This document shows positions 26,601 through 38,483 of a stretch of 64,000 nt of DNA, piece by piece (positions within the stretch are counted from its first letter, which is position 1; every line of letters starts with the position of its first letter). The notes below the pieces were generated by a model. That model did no database searches. It saw only the letters and a list, made by a program, of their open reading frames with translations, and was not told the DNA's origin. The DNA comes from Setoptus koraiensis (lineage: Eukaryota; Animalia; Arthropoda). Where the stretch lies: assembly GCA_048013815.1 (NCBI GenBank), contig CM106586.1:5456001-5520000 (forward strand). Reading direction: 5' to 3'. Made by a program: the position numbers and the translations under genes.

Positions 26601-29600
26601 CTCCACTCAAGTCAAGTATGAAGTTCGACAGCTACTATGCGCTCTAACACGAGATGACATCAACGCGACGACAACTCTTACCGATTTACTTATGAGCAAA
26701 ATCAACGCTATCAACAATCAAGCATTCGATATATCTTTTTGTGTCAGACATGAGATAGCTCTTTTGGCCGCAACTTTAGAAAAAGAAGATCAATGCTGGG
26801 AGCAAAGACTCAAGTGTTTGATCAAAATATTCGCTATCAGCTTGAATTCGCGCAATCCATCTGTCTTGGAATGCCTCACACTTCCATGTCTGAAACTTAT
26901 ACTATCCATCATCAAACCTGAAAGTGCCATCACGAGACGTAATAGAGACAAGACCCTAGACTCAATCGCTTCAGTTCGCTCAGACGGATTTCGATGCAGA
27001 GTTATTTTAGAGGACTGGCTTCAAGAGGAAAATTCTCACTCCTTCGAAAATTGGAGAAAACGAGCTACCAGACCAGCCAATGGCATCGCAACCACTCAGT
27101 TGGGTAAACAACTTAAACCTCTACCATCACTGTTAAGGCGTCCATCAAGGGCTCAATTCAGAGCCAACTATCTTGCGGAAAAATACGGAAATAGATGGAG
27201 GTTACGCGCAAGTAGGTTTGACCGAGAACCTGATCCAATAGTCCTCTCTCCACACATCTGGCTGAAGACTCTGTTGTTCAACAGGGTTTCTAGGACAGTC
27301 AGAATGATGGCGAAGTCTCTAATTGAAGCCTTATTTTCAGTACCATCAAGGAGAAAAGACATTATTGACTTATTGACCTTGTATTTAGACGAAATTGGAC
27401 CCGCTGGTGAGTGTGCCCAAGAGTTCTTCTCTCTGTTCCAGATGATAATCCACCAGGATCATTGGCGATACTACTTGGCATTAAAAGGAATGCTATTAAA
27501 ATTGGGCTCGCTTATGACTATAGAAATCGAACATCTCCAGGAATTAGAGGAAACGACTCTCAATTCCAATCTATCTCTGGGATACTCCCTCAAGATGTTG
27601 GTTGAGATGTTGACTACTTTCGTCGAGGTGCCAGTTATACAGGCTCACTACAAGTCCAAACTTGTTGGTTCAGTGCTGAATGGCTATCTGTCACTACGGA
27701 AACTTGTAGTTCAAAGAACAAAAGTTGTTGATGAAACGCAAGAGGCCTTGCTGGAACTACTCGAAGGTATGACGAGTGGAAACGAAAGTGAAACTGCTGC
27801 CTTTATTTCCGTTTGTGTAGATGCTATCAAGAAGTGCAGTCTAAGTGACATAAGGACGCCAGTTTTCATCTTCGAGAGGCTATGCTCCACCATACATCCA
27901 GAGGATAATGACTCGCTAGAGTTCTTCATCAACCTAGAGAAAGATCCTCAACAAGAAGACTTCTTGCAGGGGCGCATGTTAGGCAACCCTTACTCTTCAA
28001 ATGAGCCAGGTATGGGGCCATTAATGAAAGACATCAAAAACAAGATTTGCCAGGACTGTGAGCTGCTAGCTCTGCTAGATGATGATTCTAGTATGGAGTT
28101 GTTAGTGAACAACAAGATAATCTCTCTAGATCTACCAGTAAAAGACGTGCACAAAAGAATTTGGTGCCCAGACAATCACGAAACGGACGCCATGCGAGTC
28201 ATCTACAGGATGCGCGGTCTTTTGGGAGATGCCACAGAAGAATTTATTGAACATTTGGACTCAAGTAACACTCAAGACATCGATATAGAGCAGGTCTACA
28301 AAATGGCTAACGTAATGGGCACCTGTGGAGGTATAGAAATCATGCTTCAGAGACTGAACCATATTGATGATCTCTCACCACCATTCAGGCCGCTGTTGAA
28401 TGTTTTGTTGAAACTATTTGATTATTGCACTAAGGTTAAAAATAATCGTGTCAAGCTACTCCAACCAGAACTCAAATCCATCTCTATCATGTTGAGTACA
28501 CTTAAATTGACCTTCAATCAAAACCCATCACCAGTCTCATCGCCAGAACAAGTTACAATCATCGAGCAATTGCTAGTTATCATGGAGACGATCTTGCGTG
28601 AAGCCTCAAAATGTCCATCTAATTCACTTTTCAAGCAATTCAGCAGTGAAAATTGTGGCACTATTGACGATGTCCAGTTTCTCCTGAACGCAGCGCAACT
28701 AACTTGTCCACAAATTCCTCACCTAGCTCATAAGCTCATGCAAGTGGTTCCTTTTTTGACTCTCGGCGATCGTGACAAGATGCTCGCGTTAGTTAATCCT
28801 TTCAGATCTTCTTTGGACTTCGATAAATTCGATGTGGAGCATTCCTATAGTGATGTGCTAAATATTGACTTATTCTGTATAATGGTTGATGCAATTGAAA
28901 GAAACGAAAACGGAAACCAGTTGAAGGACTTGATTGTTCGTGAGCGAATAGTGGCCAACGCAATGAAGTATCTCACCACCCACGCACCGCCAATGAAAAG
29001 TTCCCTCCTAGCTACCAGTGAGGAATGGAAGGAATTTACATCAAGACCTGCGCTGAAGTATGTGTTGAGGATTTTGGGCGGGCTGAGTCAAGGGCACACA
29101 GCTACACAGATTCTAGTTTCTACTGATTGCATACCTGTAGTTCATGGTTTAGAGCAAGTGTCCTCTGACGCTCGAGTGGGAACTCTTGCTGAGAATCTAT
29201 TGGAAGCGATAAAACAACATCCAAGCGTTGCCGAGAAGATTGAATCAGTGAGACGTCAAACTAAGGATGAGAAGAAACGTCTTGCCATGGCAGTTCGCGA
29301 GCGACAACTGGGAGCCCTCGGTATGAAGGCAAATGAACATGGCCAGGTAACTGCCCGCAGCAAATTACTTGAGCAGTGTCAGGACTTAGTTGAAGAGACA
29401 GGCCTCATATGCAATATCTGTCGCGAAGGCTACAAATTTCAACCAACTAAAGTTCTCGCCATATACACCTATACTAAGCGATGTGTTTTGGACGAGTTCG
29501 AGTGCAAACCACGTAAGACATTTGGCTACACAACTGTGACTCATTTCAATATTGTACATGTTGACTGTCACATGTCAGCAGTCAGAAGTGCTCGAGCTCG

Positions 29601-30639
29601 CGACGAGTGGGAATCGGCCGCACTGCAGAACGCAAATACGAGGTGTAACGGTCTACTTCCGATATGGGGCCCACAAGTGCCTGAGTCCGCTTATGCCGGC
29701 TGTTTAGCTAGGCACAATAGCTATACTCAAGATAGTACTGGTCATCGCGATATTGGCTATCAGTCAGCTGTTCATGATATCAGATTGCAACTGTTGAGAT
29801 TTGCACAAGAAAGATCTTTCAGTGAAGATACTGGAGGTGGCGGACCCCAAAGTAATCTGCATCTTCTACCTTACATGATGCACATAGCATTGTATGTTAT
29901 CAATACGACAAAATCGTCAGCCCGAGAGTACAAGAAGATCATCAACTATTTGGAGATGAGTCCGGTAGAAATCATTGAGAATTGTTACGAAGTAAGTAAT
30001 TTGCTCATTTTATTATTCATATACTGCCTGTAGGTTGACATTATAAAGCTTGGTTACTAACTCATACTATTCCATTTTGCTCTTCAGGTCGATAGTGCTT
30101 ACTACTGGATTACATTGGCAGGTCTTGTTTTATCGCCAGTTTGGTGGAAAAAGAAACGCGTTCAATTCCTTCAGCGCCTCCTTATTTGCAATCATGTTCG
30201 ACGGGTCAATATTCGAGCACCAGCTCCGTTAAGTGACGCCAGGCCTCGCAGCTACACCTACTATAAATCTGCATTAATCTACTTCGCTTTCATCGAAGCA
30301 TGCTACAATATGCTATTCAAAGTAAGTTTTCAAGTGTCCTGATTTTGTCATCAACCTGACTCATCAAATACAGCTCATTATTAACATAAAATTTCTTTCT
30401 TTCAACACTCTCAGAACGCGTGCACTGAGGAAAAGTGGAATCAAGACTGGTCGTTTACATTAGCTGACTATATCAGGTTCAATGACCAAACCATAAGCGA
30501 CAACATAGAGACCTTACTTAATTTTTATCAAACTAGTTTACTGCCATGTTCTACATTTGAAAAGTTTTGTGAACTTTTGAGCCTTGACGAGATAGGTCGT
30601 CCAGATGAATTCATAACTACAACGTTACAATCAGTGTGA
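14671..30639 (+). CDS. UBR4: E3 ubiquitin-protein ligase UBR4 (p600/purity of essence), ~5260 aa
   Basis: Exons 14671-29991, 30088-30321 and 30415-30639, all phase 0 with GTAAGT donors and CAG acceptors. Motifs: UBR box ([21 protein letters not shown]...CSICARVCHKDH...FFCDCG), Cys-rich CPRC...[41 protein letters not shown] and the hemi-RING CNICREGY...HFNIVHVDCH. The 5' end is uncertain: a possible 30-nt first exon at 13818-13847 (METLATAQFA|GTAAGA) could splice in frame to 14650. Confidence 0.95.
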
Positions 30640-31723
30640 AATACAAAAATGTGATAATGGCAAATCAAAGCCTTTTGAATGATTGATTGATTCCTGTCTG
30701 AATAAATATATGTACATCAAATCTTACATGCAGCTTGCCAAGGTCTCTAAATGGTGTCAAAATTCTAGCTAACAATAATTTACAACTCGATTTTCTCGAC
30801 TCCGTGGATCGTCTATAGAGTTCGAAGAATATTACGCCAAAGCACATCAAATCTGTTCAATTGCACTAGCTGGTCCTCTAGAAAGATGTACATATAAAAC
30901 TGCTGAGTTTACTTTGTGAGATAACAACCCTGATGAAACATGATTGTGTAGTGGCCCAATAAGGCATTATATTCTGCTGCACCCTCCTTTTACGGCACAA
31001 CACGTTTCAACCTGTTTATTCGTCGTTGCATTTACTATCTTGAATTGGGCATACAAACAAAATTTTATTTCGCAATGGACTCAAAATTTACTTTTAGTTA
31101 TATTACTTGCTGAAATATGTTGAATGCCTTTCAGCGCCTTCTCTTGTTATCTGATGAAGTTTTTTAATGAAATCAGACTAGAATGTTTTTATCATCATCA
31201 TAACTATCACTGAACTTGAAGAAGTGAAATCCGGAGCTTTATTTCGACTCAATCTACATTAGACCCTTTGACCCTCCTAGTAATGACATTCTCCTGATGC
31301 AATCACCTACACTGTCACCTTCACATTAGGGACCCTCATCCATAGCGTGCATTCTAAGTCGCGACTTAAAACGCAACAGGCTGTACTGGGGGCTTCATCA
31401 GCACAAAATGTATGGATGTTCAAACCGAATTGGCCTCATATTTATACGAAGTAACTAACTTTCAAAACAGTATTTGTCCGCACGGACGAGATGGATTTTA
31501 TTACTATGTTGATTAGCAGCATGAGTTTGAATCATTATTAAATTGTTGATTATAACAATCAGCTCACTATTCAATCCAATAGGTGGGTGCCATGAGATTT
31601 TCAGCCTCTTTTTAACAAATTTTGCATCTTTCTCTGATCTCTTCAGCTTCTTTAAAAAATTTATTCTTGACTTGATTGATATCGGGCATCATATATTACA
31701 TCATTTTTCAAACATGTTAAAAA

Positions 31724-33010
31724 TTACTTTTTCGAATTCGATTTTTTATTTTTGAATTTTTTCCCTGCCCCCTTCCCTTTCACAATCAACTTTTTCTTCT
31801 TCAAGTCAACTTTCGGTACCTTGCAGCCGGAACGCTTCATGACATTGATTATTGGAGATAGAAACTTCTTATCATCTTCGGCATAAAAAGTTATAGCTTT
31901 ACCTTTTCTGCCTGCTCTACCAGTCCGTCCTATTCTATGAATATATGAAACAAATGTCTTCGGGCAGTCATAATTTATGACAAGGTTTACCCCTTTGAAG
32001 TCTATACCACGACACATCAATTCTGTGCAAACGAGAAACCAGATGTTACCACCACGAAATTTGGCGATGACTTCATCCCGTTCTTTTTGATTTCTATCCG
32101 AATGTATTACATCTATATTGATGTTATCATAGAGGAATTCCTCGTACAACTTTTTGGCTTTTTCAATTGTCTCTACAAACACAAGAACAGGTACATTTAC
32201 ACCTGAATTTATCAGTTCACGGAAAGCCAACAGTTTGCCTTCTTCATTTCCAACTTCTATCAATTCTTGTTCCACATTTGGAGTAGTCTTATTCTTTCCA
32301 CCAACTATGACAGTAACTAAGTCATTCATTTGCACTTGCGCCCATTGTTCGAGATGCTTGTCGAAAGTGGCTGAAAACATGGCACGACGGCATTTTTCGG
32401 ACTCCAGACAATGTTTGTATATAATCGATAGCTGGTCCTTGAAACCCATCTCAAAGAGACGATCACATTCATCAATCACAAGCCATTCTAGTTTGTCTAG
32501 TTTCATTAAAGGAGGGTCAGAATCTAGCAATATCGATAATCTGTTTGGCGTTGTAACGAGAATGTCATATTTCAACAAAGATTCGGGGTTGAACTTCTTA
32601 GCCGCCTCTTTCACATCCTTGATATGATGAATACGAAGATTTGTCCCATGTGAAATCCACAGTGCCTCTCGATGTATCTGCTTGGCCAGCTCTCTAGTTG
32701 GTGCCAAAATTAAAGCTCTAAATGATCCGCAACTTCTGGGCTTCTTCAGTTGGTGAATGATGGGCAGTAAAAATGCTAAAGTTTTACCAGATCCAGTTGG
32801 TGCTGAACAAATAACCTCGCGACCCTCCATCAAGAGAGGTATAACTTGTGCCTGGACAGGAGTTGGCGCAGTATAACCAGACTTTTTGATCGCATCCTTC
32901 AAGTGGTCAACAATCGAATATTTTGAATAGATTTGAGGGAAAGAATTTATAGCCGATGGGATATCAACGCCAGTGCATTGTATACTGTTATATTTCCTTG
33001 ATTTCCCCAT
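31724..33010 (-). CDS. DDX52: DEAD-box RNA helicase DDX52/Rok1-like, 428 aa, intronless
   Basis: Q-motif GYTAPTPVQ, APTGSGKT, PTRELA, DECD, SAT, CRGIDF and YIHRIGRTGRAG. The segments GVDIP..I.SF and VEQELI..GNEEGKLLAFR are typical of Rok1/DDX52. Lys-rich tail. Confidence 0.85.
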   Translation of the reverse strand: MGKSRKYNSIQCTGVDIPSAINSFPQIYSKYSIVDHLKDAIKKSGYTAPTPVQAQVIPLLMEGREVICSAPTGSGKTLAFLLPIIHQLKKPRSCGSFRALILAPTRELAKQIHREALWISHGTNLRIHHIKDVKEAAKKFNPESLLKYDILVTTPNRLSILLDSDPPLMKLDKLEWLVIDECDRLFEMGFKDQLSIIYKHCLESEKCRRAMFSATFDKHLEQWAQVQMNDLVTVIVGGKNKTTPNVEQELIEVGNEEGKLLAFRELINSGVNVPVLVFVETIEKAKKLYEEFLYDNINIDVIHSDRNQKERDEVIAKFRGGNIWFLVCTELMCRGIDFKGVNLVINYDCPKTFVSYIHRIGRTGRAGRKGKAITFYAEDDKKFLSPIINVMKRSGCKVPKVDLKKKKLIVKGKGAGKKFKNKKSNSKK

Positions 33011-33369
33011 TTTTGTTTTTTATTACATGTACACATTGATTATTCAAATAAGTTTATATAGCCGACCTGTTCTTTTTCAAGTCACCACAAACCACGTGAT
33101 AAACTGACATCAACATCTGTGAGCTGAAGAGAGCGACCTCTGATGCGAGATCATCACACCTGGTTGAGTTTTTCAAATCAAGCGCCTTCGCAGTCATAAG
33201 GGAGGTACACGGTCTTACTATTTGAAGCTCACACACGAAGTGAAAATATCCGAGTACGTCCACAATATTGTCTCGATAAATAGCTACATACGCACCTCAA
33301 TGGTATCAAAATCCTAATCAGATCCCAAATCAATCACAAATAGAAAATATTGAATATAATTAAACTACC

Positions 33370-33738
33370 ATGTCAAGTCAACACAGCCAAGAGGTCCAGC
33401 TCTTGCTTCAGGCTGAGAAGCGAGCATCTGAAAAGGTCGCCGAGGCCCGCAAACGAAAGGCTCGCAGATTGAAACAGGCCAAGGAAGAGGCTGTATCTGA
33501 GATTGATCAATTTAAAAGGGAGCGTCAGACTGCATTTCAGAAGTACGAAACTGAGCATATGGGCTCACGAGAGGATGTCGCTAAGCAAATTGATTCAGAG
33601 ACAAATAAGAAGTTATCTGAGATGGAGAAGCGTATTAATTCCACTAGAAACCAAGTTATTTCCAGACTAATAGAGGAGGTCGTCACCAATATCGACCCCA
33701 AACTACATCGCAATCGTACAGCTGTAACCGCCAATTAG
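33370..33738 (+). CDS. ATP6V1G1: V-type proton ATPase subunit G, 122 aa
   Basis: MSSQHSQEVQLLLQAEKRASEKVAEARKRKARRLKQAKEEA is the canonical V1 subunit G N-terminus, and the protein ends in DPKLHRN. Confidence 0.95.
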   Translation: MSSQHSQEVQLLLQAEKRASEKVAEARKRKARRLKQAKEEAVSEIDQFKRERQTAFQKYETEHMGSREDVAKQIDSETNKKLSEMEKRINSTRNQVISRLIEEVVTNIDPKLHRNRTAVTAN

Positions 33739-34033
33739 TGTTTGGTAAATATTAAACTACGTTCAAGTACACATATAAGTTGAATTTCATTATGGCGTTC
33801 TTTGTATTATTTGTAGGAGTGTGCACCAGCGTACCAGATTGTACCACTGCTTAACCAGTCAGAATTTCTACTATTCGAAGCACTTTTATTCAAGATATAT
33901 AGTCAAGAGTTTTTTTTTTGATCTCCCTTCAAGTGGAATAAATATAAAATAAAATTGAATTTAAAAATTTATTTGAATATATACACATAGGTGATTGGAC
34001 ACATTCATAGTTCATGTTTATGATTAGCCAGTT

Positions 34034-36277
34034 CTACTGTTCTTTCATCATTTCCTGGCTGTTGTACATGTTCACTACCTGGGACGCCGTTGTGGCATCT
34101 TCTGGTTTCTTGTCGTCCCTCACACGGATATATCGCGGAAAACGAAGAGATATACCCTTCTTATCTTCAAGCACCCCAACAGCAGCTCTATGGATTGGGG
34201 ATAACGACAAGTCAGCACATTTGATTTCCCAAACTTGTACAGCATCGAACCAGACATCAGGAGCTAGACCTTCGTCGTAGACATAATAAGGCTTGGGTTT
34301 ATTGATTTGATGATTATTCAAAAACGTTGCATGCGTGCTGAGATCCTCATCTTTAAAGCCTGTTCCTAATTTACATACGGTCTGGTACTGTTCATTTTCG
34401 TCGTCGTAACATGCTAGAAGAAATCCTCCGTAGTTCCCTGTCCTCTTACCCTTACCGTAGTAGCCTCCAATTACTACAGCATCAACAGTATCACCTAACC
34501 CTTCGAGATAATCTTTCTTCAATTTCAGCCAATTTTGAGATCGTTTGGCTATCTCATAAGTGGAATCCAAGGCCTTGACCATGAGACCCTCACATTGACC
34601 TTTGACAGATTCATCGAGTATTTCCTGGATTTCTTCAGTGGTATCTACATCCTTAGATTTGGCGAACATAAACTTACCAGGAGTTTCTATGAAACTTGAA
34701 TGAAGTAGGCTCCTACGCTCAGATAGAGGTAATTTTATGAGTGATTGGTCGTTCAAGTGTAGCAAGTCAAAGGCGAACAGACATACTTTAACTTTGATAT
34801 CATCACCCTCTGCGGTTTTACGCTTCCTTGTACTCAGGACTTGGAATGGAAGTATCCTCTTCTCTTGAACATCCCAAGCAACACACTCGCAATCTAGGAT
34901 GAATGCCTTAGTTTCTGGCTTTATGTAATCGGCAACCTCAGTAAGAACATCTGGATACTTTCCGGATGTATCCTCTTGGTTGCGACTATATATGAAACAT
35001 TTGCCGTCTGCTTGCCTATGTATCTGAGCCCTTTCACCATCGTACTTGTATTCACAAGTGAATTTGGCATCAGAGAATTTTTTTAAAACTTCTTGAACTC
35101 CTTTAGAAGGTTGCGCCAACATAGGTTTCAAAGGCACAGATATCACAGATTGACATAGCTCCTCGAGATTATCCACGCCTTGTTCTAGAAGATTTTTGAT
35201 AACTTTGTCGTAGTTCGGTAAACAATTGTAAGCGGTTTTTATGGCATGAGATGACTCCTCCAGTTCTTTTTTAAATTTTTCGCTCTCTCTGTCAATAGTT
35301 CGCTTGTCTTTGATGTGGTTCACTAACACAACTGATCGTGCGAGGGCAACGAGGAGAGATTGTTCGGCCAATCCAACTCTCAGTTTCCCTGATAGTGACC
35401 TAACAATGTAACGCGCTTCACAGTCTCGGCAGGAAACTATAAGTGATTGGACCTTTTCTACCTTTTTATTTTGAGTTGAGGCACCTGTCATTTCAGCGAT
35501 GCTTTTGAGTCTTTCGAAGACACTTCGAACAGTGAGTGGTGCCGGCTTAGAGAGTAAACCTTGATTTACACGACTAGCTTCAGAAACAAGACCCAAATCT
35601 CCAACTTTTACTAGGTCATTTTTAATATCTTGCATACGTCTTCCAGTTGCTTGACATATTGACTTCATTATGATGGATTCTCCTAGTCCTAATTCTATTC
35701 CCTTATATGCAGGAGCCAATTGATTGAGTATGAGATAAACACATTGGGTTAGGTCGTCTGGAGTTAGACATATGACAGATTGAAGGAAGTTTGATAATAT
35801 ATCAATCATTTTGAGTCTCGAAGAATTATCTTCTATATGCTGGAGGGTCTTAGCGAGGGCCAGATAAGGAACTTTTTGGTTAGGAGTCCAACAAGCATGA
35901 TTGTAAGGATCATAGTTATCAATGCTGGGATCATATTCGGTATCTTTCACGAGGGATTTTTGTTCCAAGTCTCCAAGGTCAATCCACAGCTTTATCTTAA
36001 CCTCTTGATCTTTAGGTGCACTAACGGATTTGGCTGGTGTTGAGCTGTTTTTTCCATTCAACAATTTGTTGGGGGATGATGGCTTGGGCTCGGAAATGGG
36101 CTTTGAAAACACTGGTGCAGCAGGTGTGACCTCAACGGCTGCTTGTTTTGCCTTCGGTTGATCTTCATGAGGACTACCAGATGCGGATCTTTTACCAAAA
36201 AATGAAGTTATTGACCGTTGAGACATTCTTTGGGGGGATATTCTCGATAGTAACCTGAACTGATGACATAGGTTCAT
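34034..36277 (-). CDS. LIG1: DNA ligase 1, intronless; two in-frame ATGs (36277 and 36226)
   Basis: PIP box QRSITSFF after the second Met, DNA-binding domain, active site EYKYDGERAQIH, EGLMVK, WLKLKKDY, and the OB-fold GISLRFPRYIRVRDDK. Confidence 0.95.
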   Translation of the reverse strand: MNLCHQFRLLSRISPQRMSQRSITSFFGKRSASGSPHEDQPKAKQAAVEVTPAAPVFSKPISEPKPSSPNKLLNGKNSSTPAKSVSAPKDQEVKIKLWIDLGDLEQKSLVKDTEYDPSIDNYDPYNHACWTPNQKVPYLALAKTLQHIEDNSSRLKMIDILSNFLQSVICLTPDDLTQCVYLILNQLAPAYKGIELGLGESIIMKSICQATGRRMQDIKNDLVKVGDLGLVSEASRVNQGLLSKPAPLTVRSVFERLKSIAEMTGASTQNKKVEKVQSLIVSCRDCEARYIVRSLSGKLRVGLAEQSLLVALARSVVLVNHIKDKRTIDRESEKFKKELEESSHAIKTAYNCLPNYDKVIKNLLEQGVDNLEELCQSVISVPLKPMLAQPSKGVQEVLKKFSDAKFTCEYKYDGERAQIHRQADGKCFIYSRNQEDTSGKYPDVLTEVADYIKPETKAFILDCECVAWDVQEKRILPFQVLSTRKRKTAEGDDIKVKVCLFAFDLLHLNDQSLIKLPLSERRSLLHSSFIETPGKFMFAKSKDVDTTEEIQEILDESVKGQCEGLMVKALDSTYEIAKRSQNWLKLKKDYLEGLGDTVDAVVIGGYYGKGKRTGNYGGFLLACYDDENEQYQTVCKLGTGFKDEDLSTHATFLNNHQINKPKPYYVYDEGLAPDVWFDAVQVWEIKCADLSLSPIHRAAVGVLEDKKGISLRFPRYIRVRDDKKPEDATTASQVVNMYNSQEMMKEQ

Positions 36278-37074
36278 CAAAGGTAACAAATATTTTTAAA
36301 TCTCTAGATCAGTAAAGCCGCAGTGTGATCATTTAATTATCCTCAACATAACATGAGAACAAAACATAAGTTAGTGTGAGTATTTACGGCAACATGGCGC
36401 CATTCGATTCATTGTTGCATTCATCTGTTCAATGAAGAAAGGGCACAATTCTCATTAGTTCATGATGCGGGCGCCATATTTGAAACTCACAAAAGTGAAT
36501 AGTTCTACAGTCGAAAACTTTTGCACTCTTATGCTGAATCCCTCATGTCCATCGATTGTTTGACTTATGTATCACTAATTTTTATTGGAGAGACCTCTGC
36601 TGACACAGCTTGATTTAACGATACTGGCTTGTTAAAAAAGCGTCGATCAAAAAAGGTAGAAAGGACTTTGTAGCCAATCATTGTGATATATCCGTTCGCG
36701 AAAAGTTTTCTTTTGAGAATGCCTACATAGTTATGATATGGCAAACGTACAAAGTATATGGAAATCAAGGGATTATATAAAACAACTTGTCACTTGTGTA
36801 ATCTAAATAGTTTCTAGAATGAATAGTTTTCTCCTGACCATGCTGCTCATATTTCCTCTGTCCTAGTTGTTTGTGTAGAAAACTACAAAAAGCTCATAGA
36901 GAGATATTCATCTAGATAATGATCAAGATAAACAAAGCTTATCAATGAGAATCGGGAATAATAACGACAAATATATGATTGATAATTATTGGTTCTCAAA
37001 TATTGTTTACACTTTGCAGTAGTGATGAGTAATAACTAATTTCGGTAAATTTATTTCAACAAGTCAGTTAATTA

Positions 37075-38349
37075 ATGAATACTATGACAGCTGTTGGATC
37101 TTTATGCGTTAAGTCGCATTCGTGGTGGTCTACCGGACTTCGACGAGCAGCCTCAGTGACTCCCTCGACGACAAATAGAAGATATTGTTCCACTCCGCAA
37201 TCGTCGACAATTAAAAGAACATGTCTGTATGATTATCATTCAGCTGTTGGTGCCAAATTCGAATTATTTGCTGGTTACTCGATGCCAATAGTGTACACTG
37301 GACAGACCATTACATTTGAACATATTCAAACTAGGACGAAAGCCTCAGTTTTCGATGTGTCCCATATGATGCAGACCGTTATCGAGGGCTCCGATAGAAT
37401 GGAGTTCATGGAATACATCAGCGTGGCTGATGTGAAGAATCTTAAAGAAAACACAAGTACATTATCTGTACTACCAAACAAGAGAGGTGGCATCATTGAC
37501 GATTGCATCATAAGCAATTGTAAGAATCATCTATTCGTAGTATCGAATGCTGGCAATGCTGACAAAGTGTGGTCGTGGTTTAATGAAAACAGATCGAGCG
37601 AAAAGTTTTCCAACTCAGATATTCATATAAGGCGTCTTGAAAATCAAGGTTTGATAGCTTTACAGGGTCCCAGAGCATCAAAAGTGTTACAGAGTCACGT
37701 GTATGAGAACTTGTTCAATTTGGAATTCATGATGACAGTGTCTACTCATATTGATGGCGTAGGAAATTGTCGAATAAATCGGTGCGGGTACACCGGAGAA
37801 GACGGATTTGAGATATCAGTGGCACCGGAAAATGCTATCGCACTTATGGAACTACTCACAACGAATGTCGATGTTAAGCCGGCCGGTTTGGGTGCTCGTG
37901 ACACATTACGGCTGGAAGCAGGACTCTGTTTACATGGAAATGACATAGATGAAGAAACGACACCTGTTGAGGCAGGTTTAGCTTGGACGGTACACAAAGG
38001 ACGTAGGCAAGAAAATAGAGAGTTTGTTGGCTCCGAAACTATACTGAAGCAATTGTCTGCAGAGAGTAGACCACAGCGTAGACGGACAGGTCTGATTGCA
38101 GTCACTACTGGCTCGCCAGCTAGACATGGAAGTCGAGTTTTCAATGATGATGGAGAAATTGGTGTAGTCACGAGCGGCACCTATGCACCTTCACTAGAGA
38201 GAAATATCGCAATGGCTTATCTCCCTTCAGAGATAGCAAATAAATATGGACACAGAGTTATGTGCCAGGTTCGCAATAAAAAATATGAGTATCAAGTCGC
38301 TAAAATGCCTTTTATTCCGACCAGGTATCATATGAAGAAGAGGGCCTAG
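37075..38349 (+). CDS. AMT: Aminomethyltransferase (glycine cleavage system T protein), mitochondrial, 424 aa, intronless
   Basis: Arg/Ser-rich presequence, then FAGYSMP, FDVSHM, GGIIDD, ALQGP, RCGYTGEDGFEI, GLGARDTLRLEAGLCLHG and GVVTSG..APSL..NIAMAY. Confidence 0.95.
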   Translation: MNTMTAVGSLCVKSHSWWSTGLRRAASVTPSTTNRRYCSTPQSSTIKRTCLYDYHSAVGAKFELFAGYSMPIVYTGQTITFEHIQTRTKASVFDVSHMMQTVIEGSDRMEFMEYISVADVKNLKENTSTLSVLPNKRGGIIDDCIISNCKNHLFVVSNAGNADKVWSWFNENRSSEKFSNSDIHIRRLENQGLIALQGPRASKVLQSHVYENLFNLEFMMTVSTHIDGVGNCRINRCGYTGEDGFEISVAPENAIALMELLTTNVDVKPAGLGARDTLRLEAGLCLHGNDIDEETTPVEAGLAWTVHKGRRQENREFVGSETILKQLSAESRPQRRRTGLIAVTTGSPARHGSRVFNDDGEIGVVTSGTYAPSLERNIAMAYLPSEIANKYGHRVMCQVRNKKYEYQVAKMPFIPTRYHMKKRA

Positions 38350-38483
38350 TTGTTATCAGTATCTTATCAGGATAAGAAAATAAAAAACTGCACATGTTCA
38401 AATTGAGCTTATTGTAGACCAAAAATGTAATACCAGTAATATATATGTGTGAAAACTTGCGGAAAAATATCTCTTTAGAGAGT

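Noticed and set aside
31355-31368. 14-bp perfect palindrome TAAGTCGCGACTTA (also CTCGAGCGCTCGAG at 63088-63101 and CTGATGAT-C-ATCATCAG near 13909)
   Set aside because: A few palindromes of this size are expected by chance in 64 kb, and there is no supporting context.
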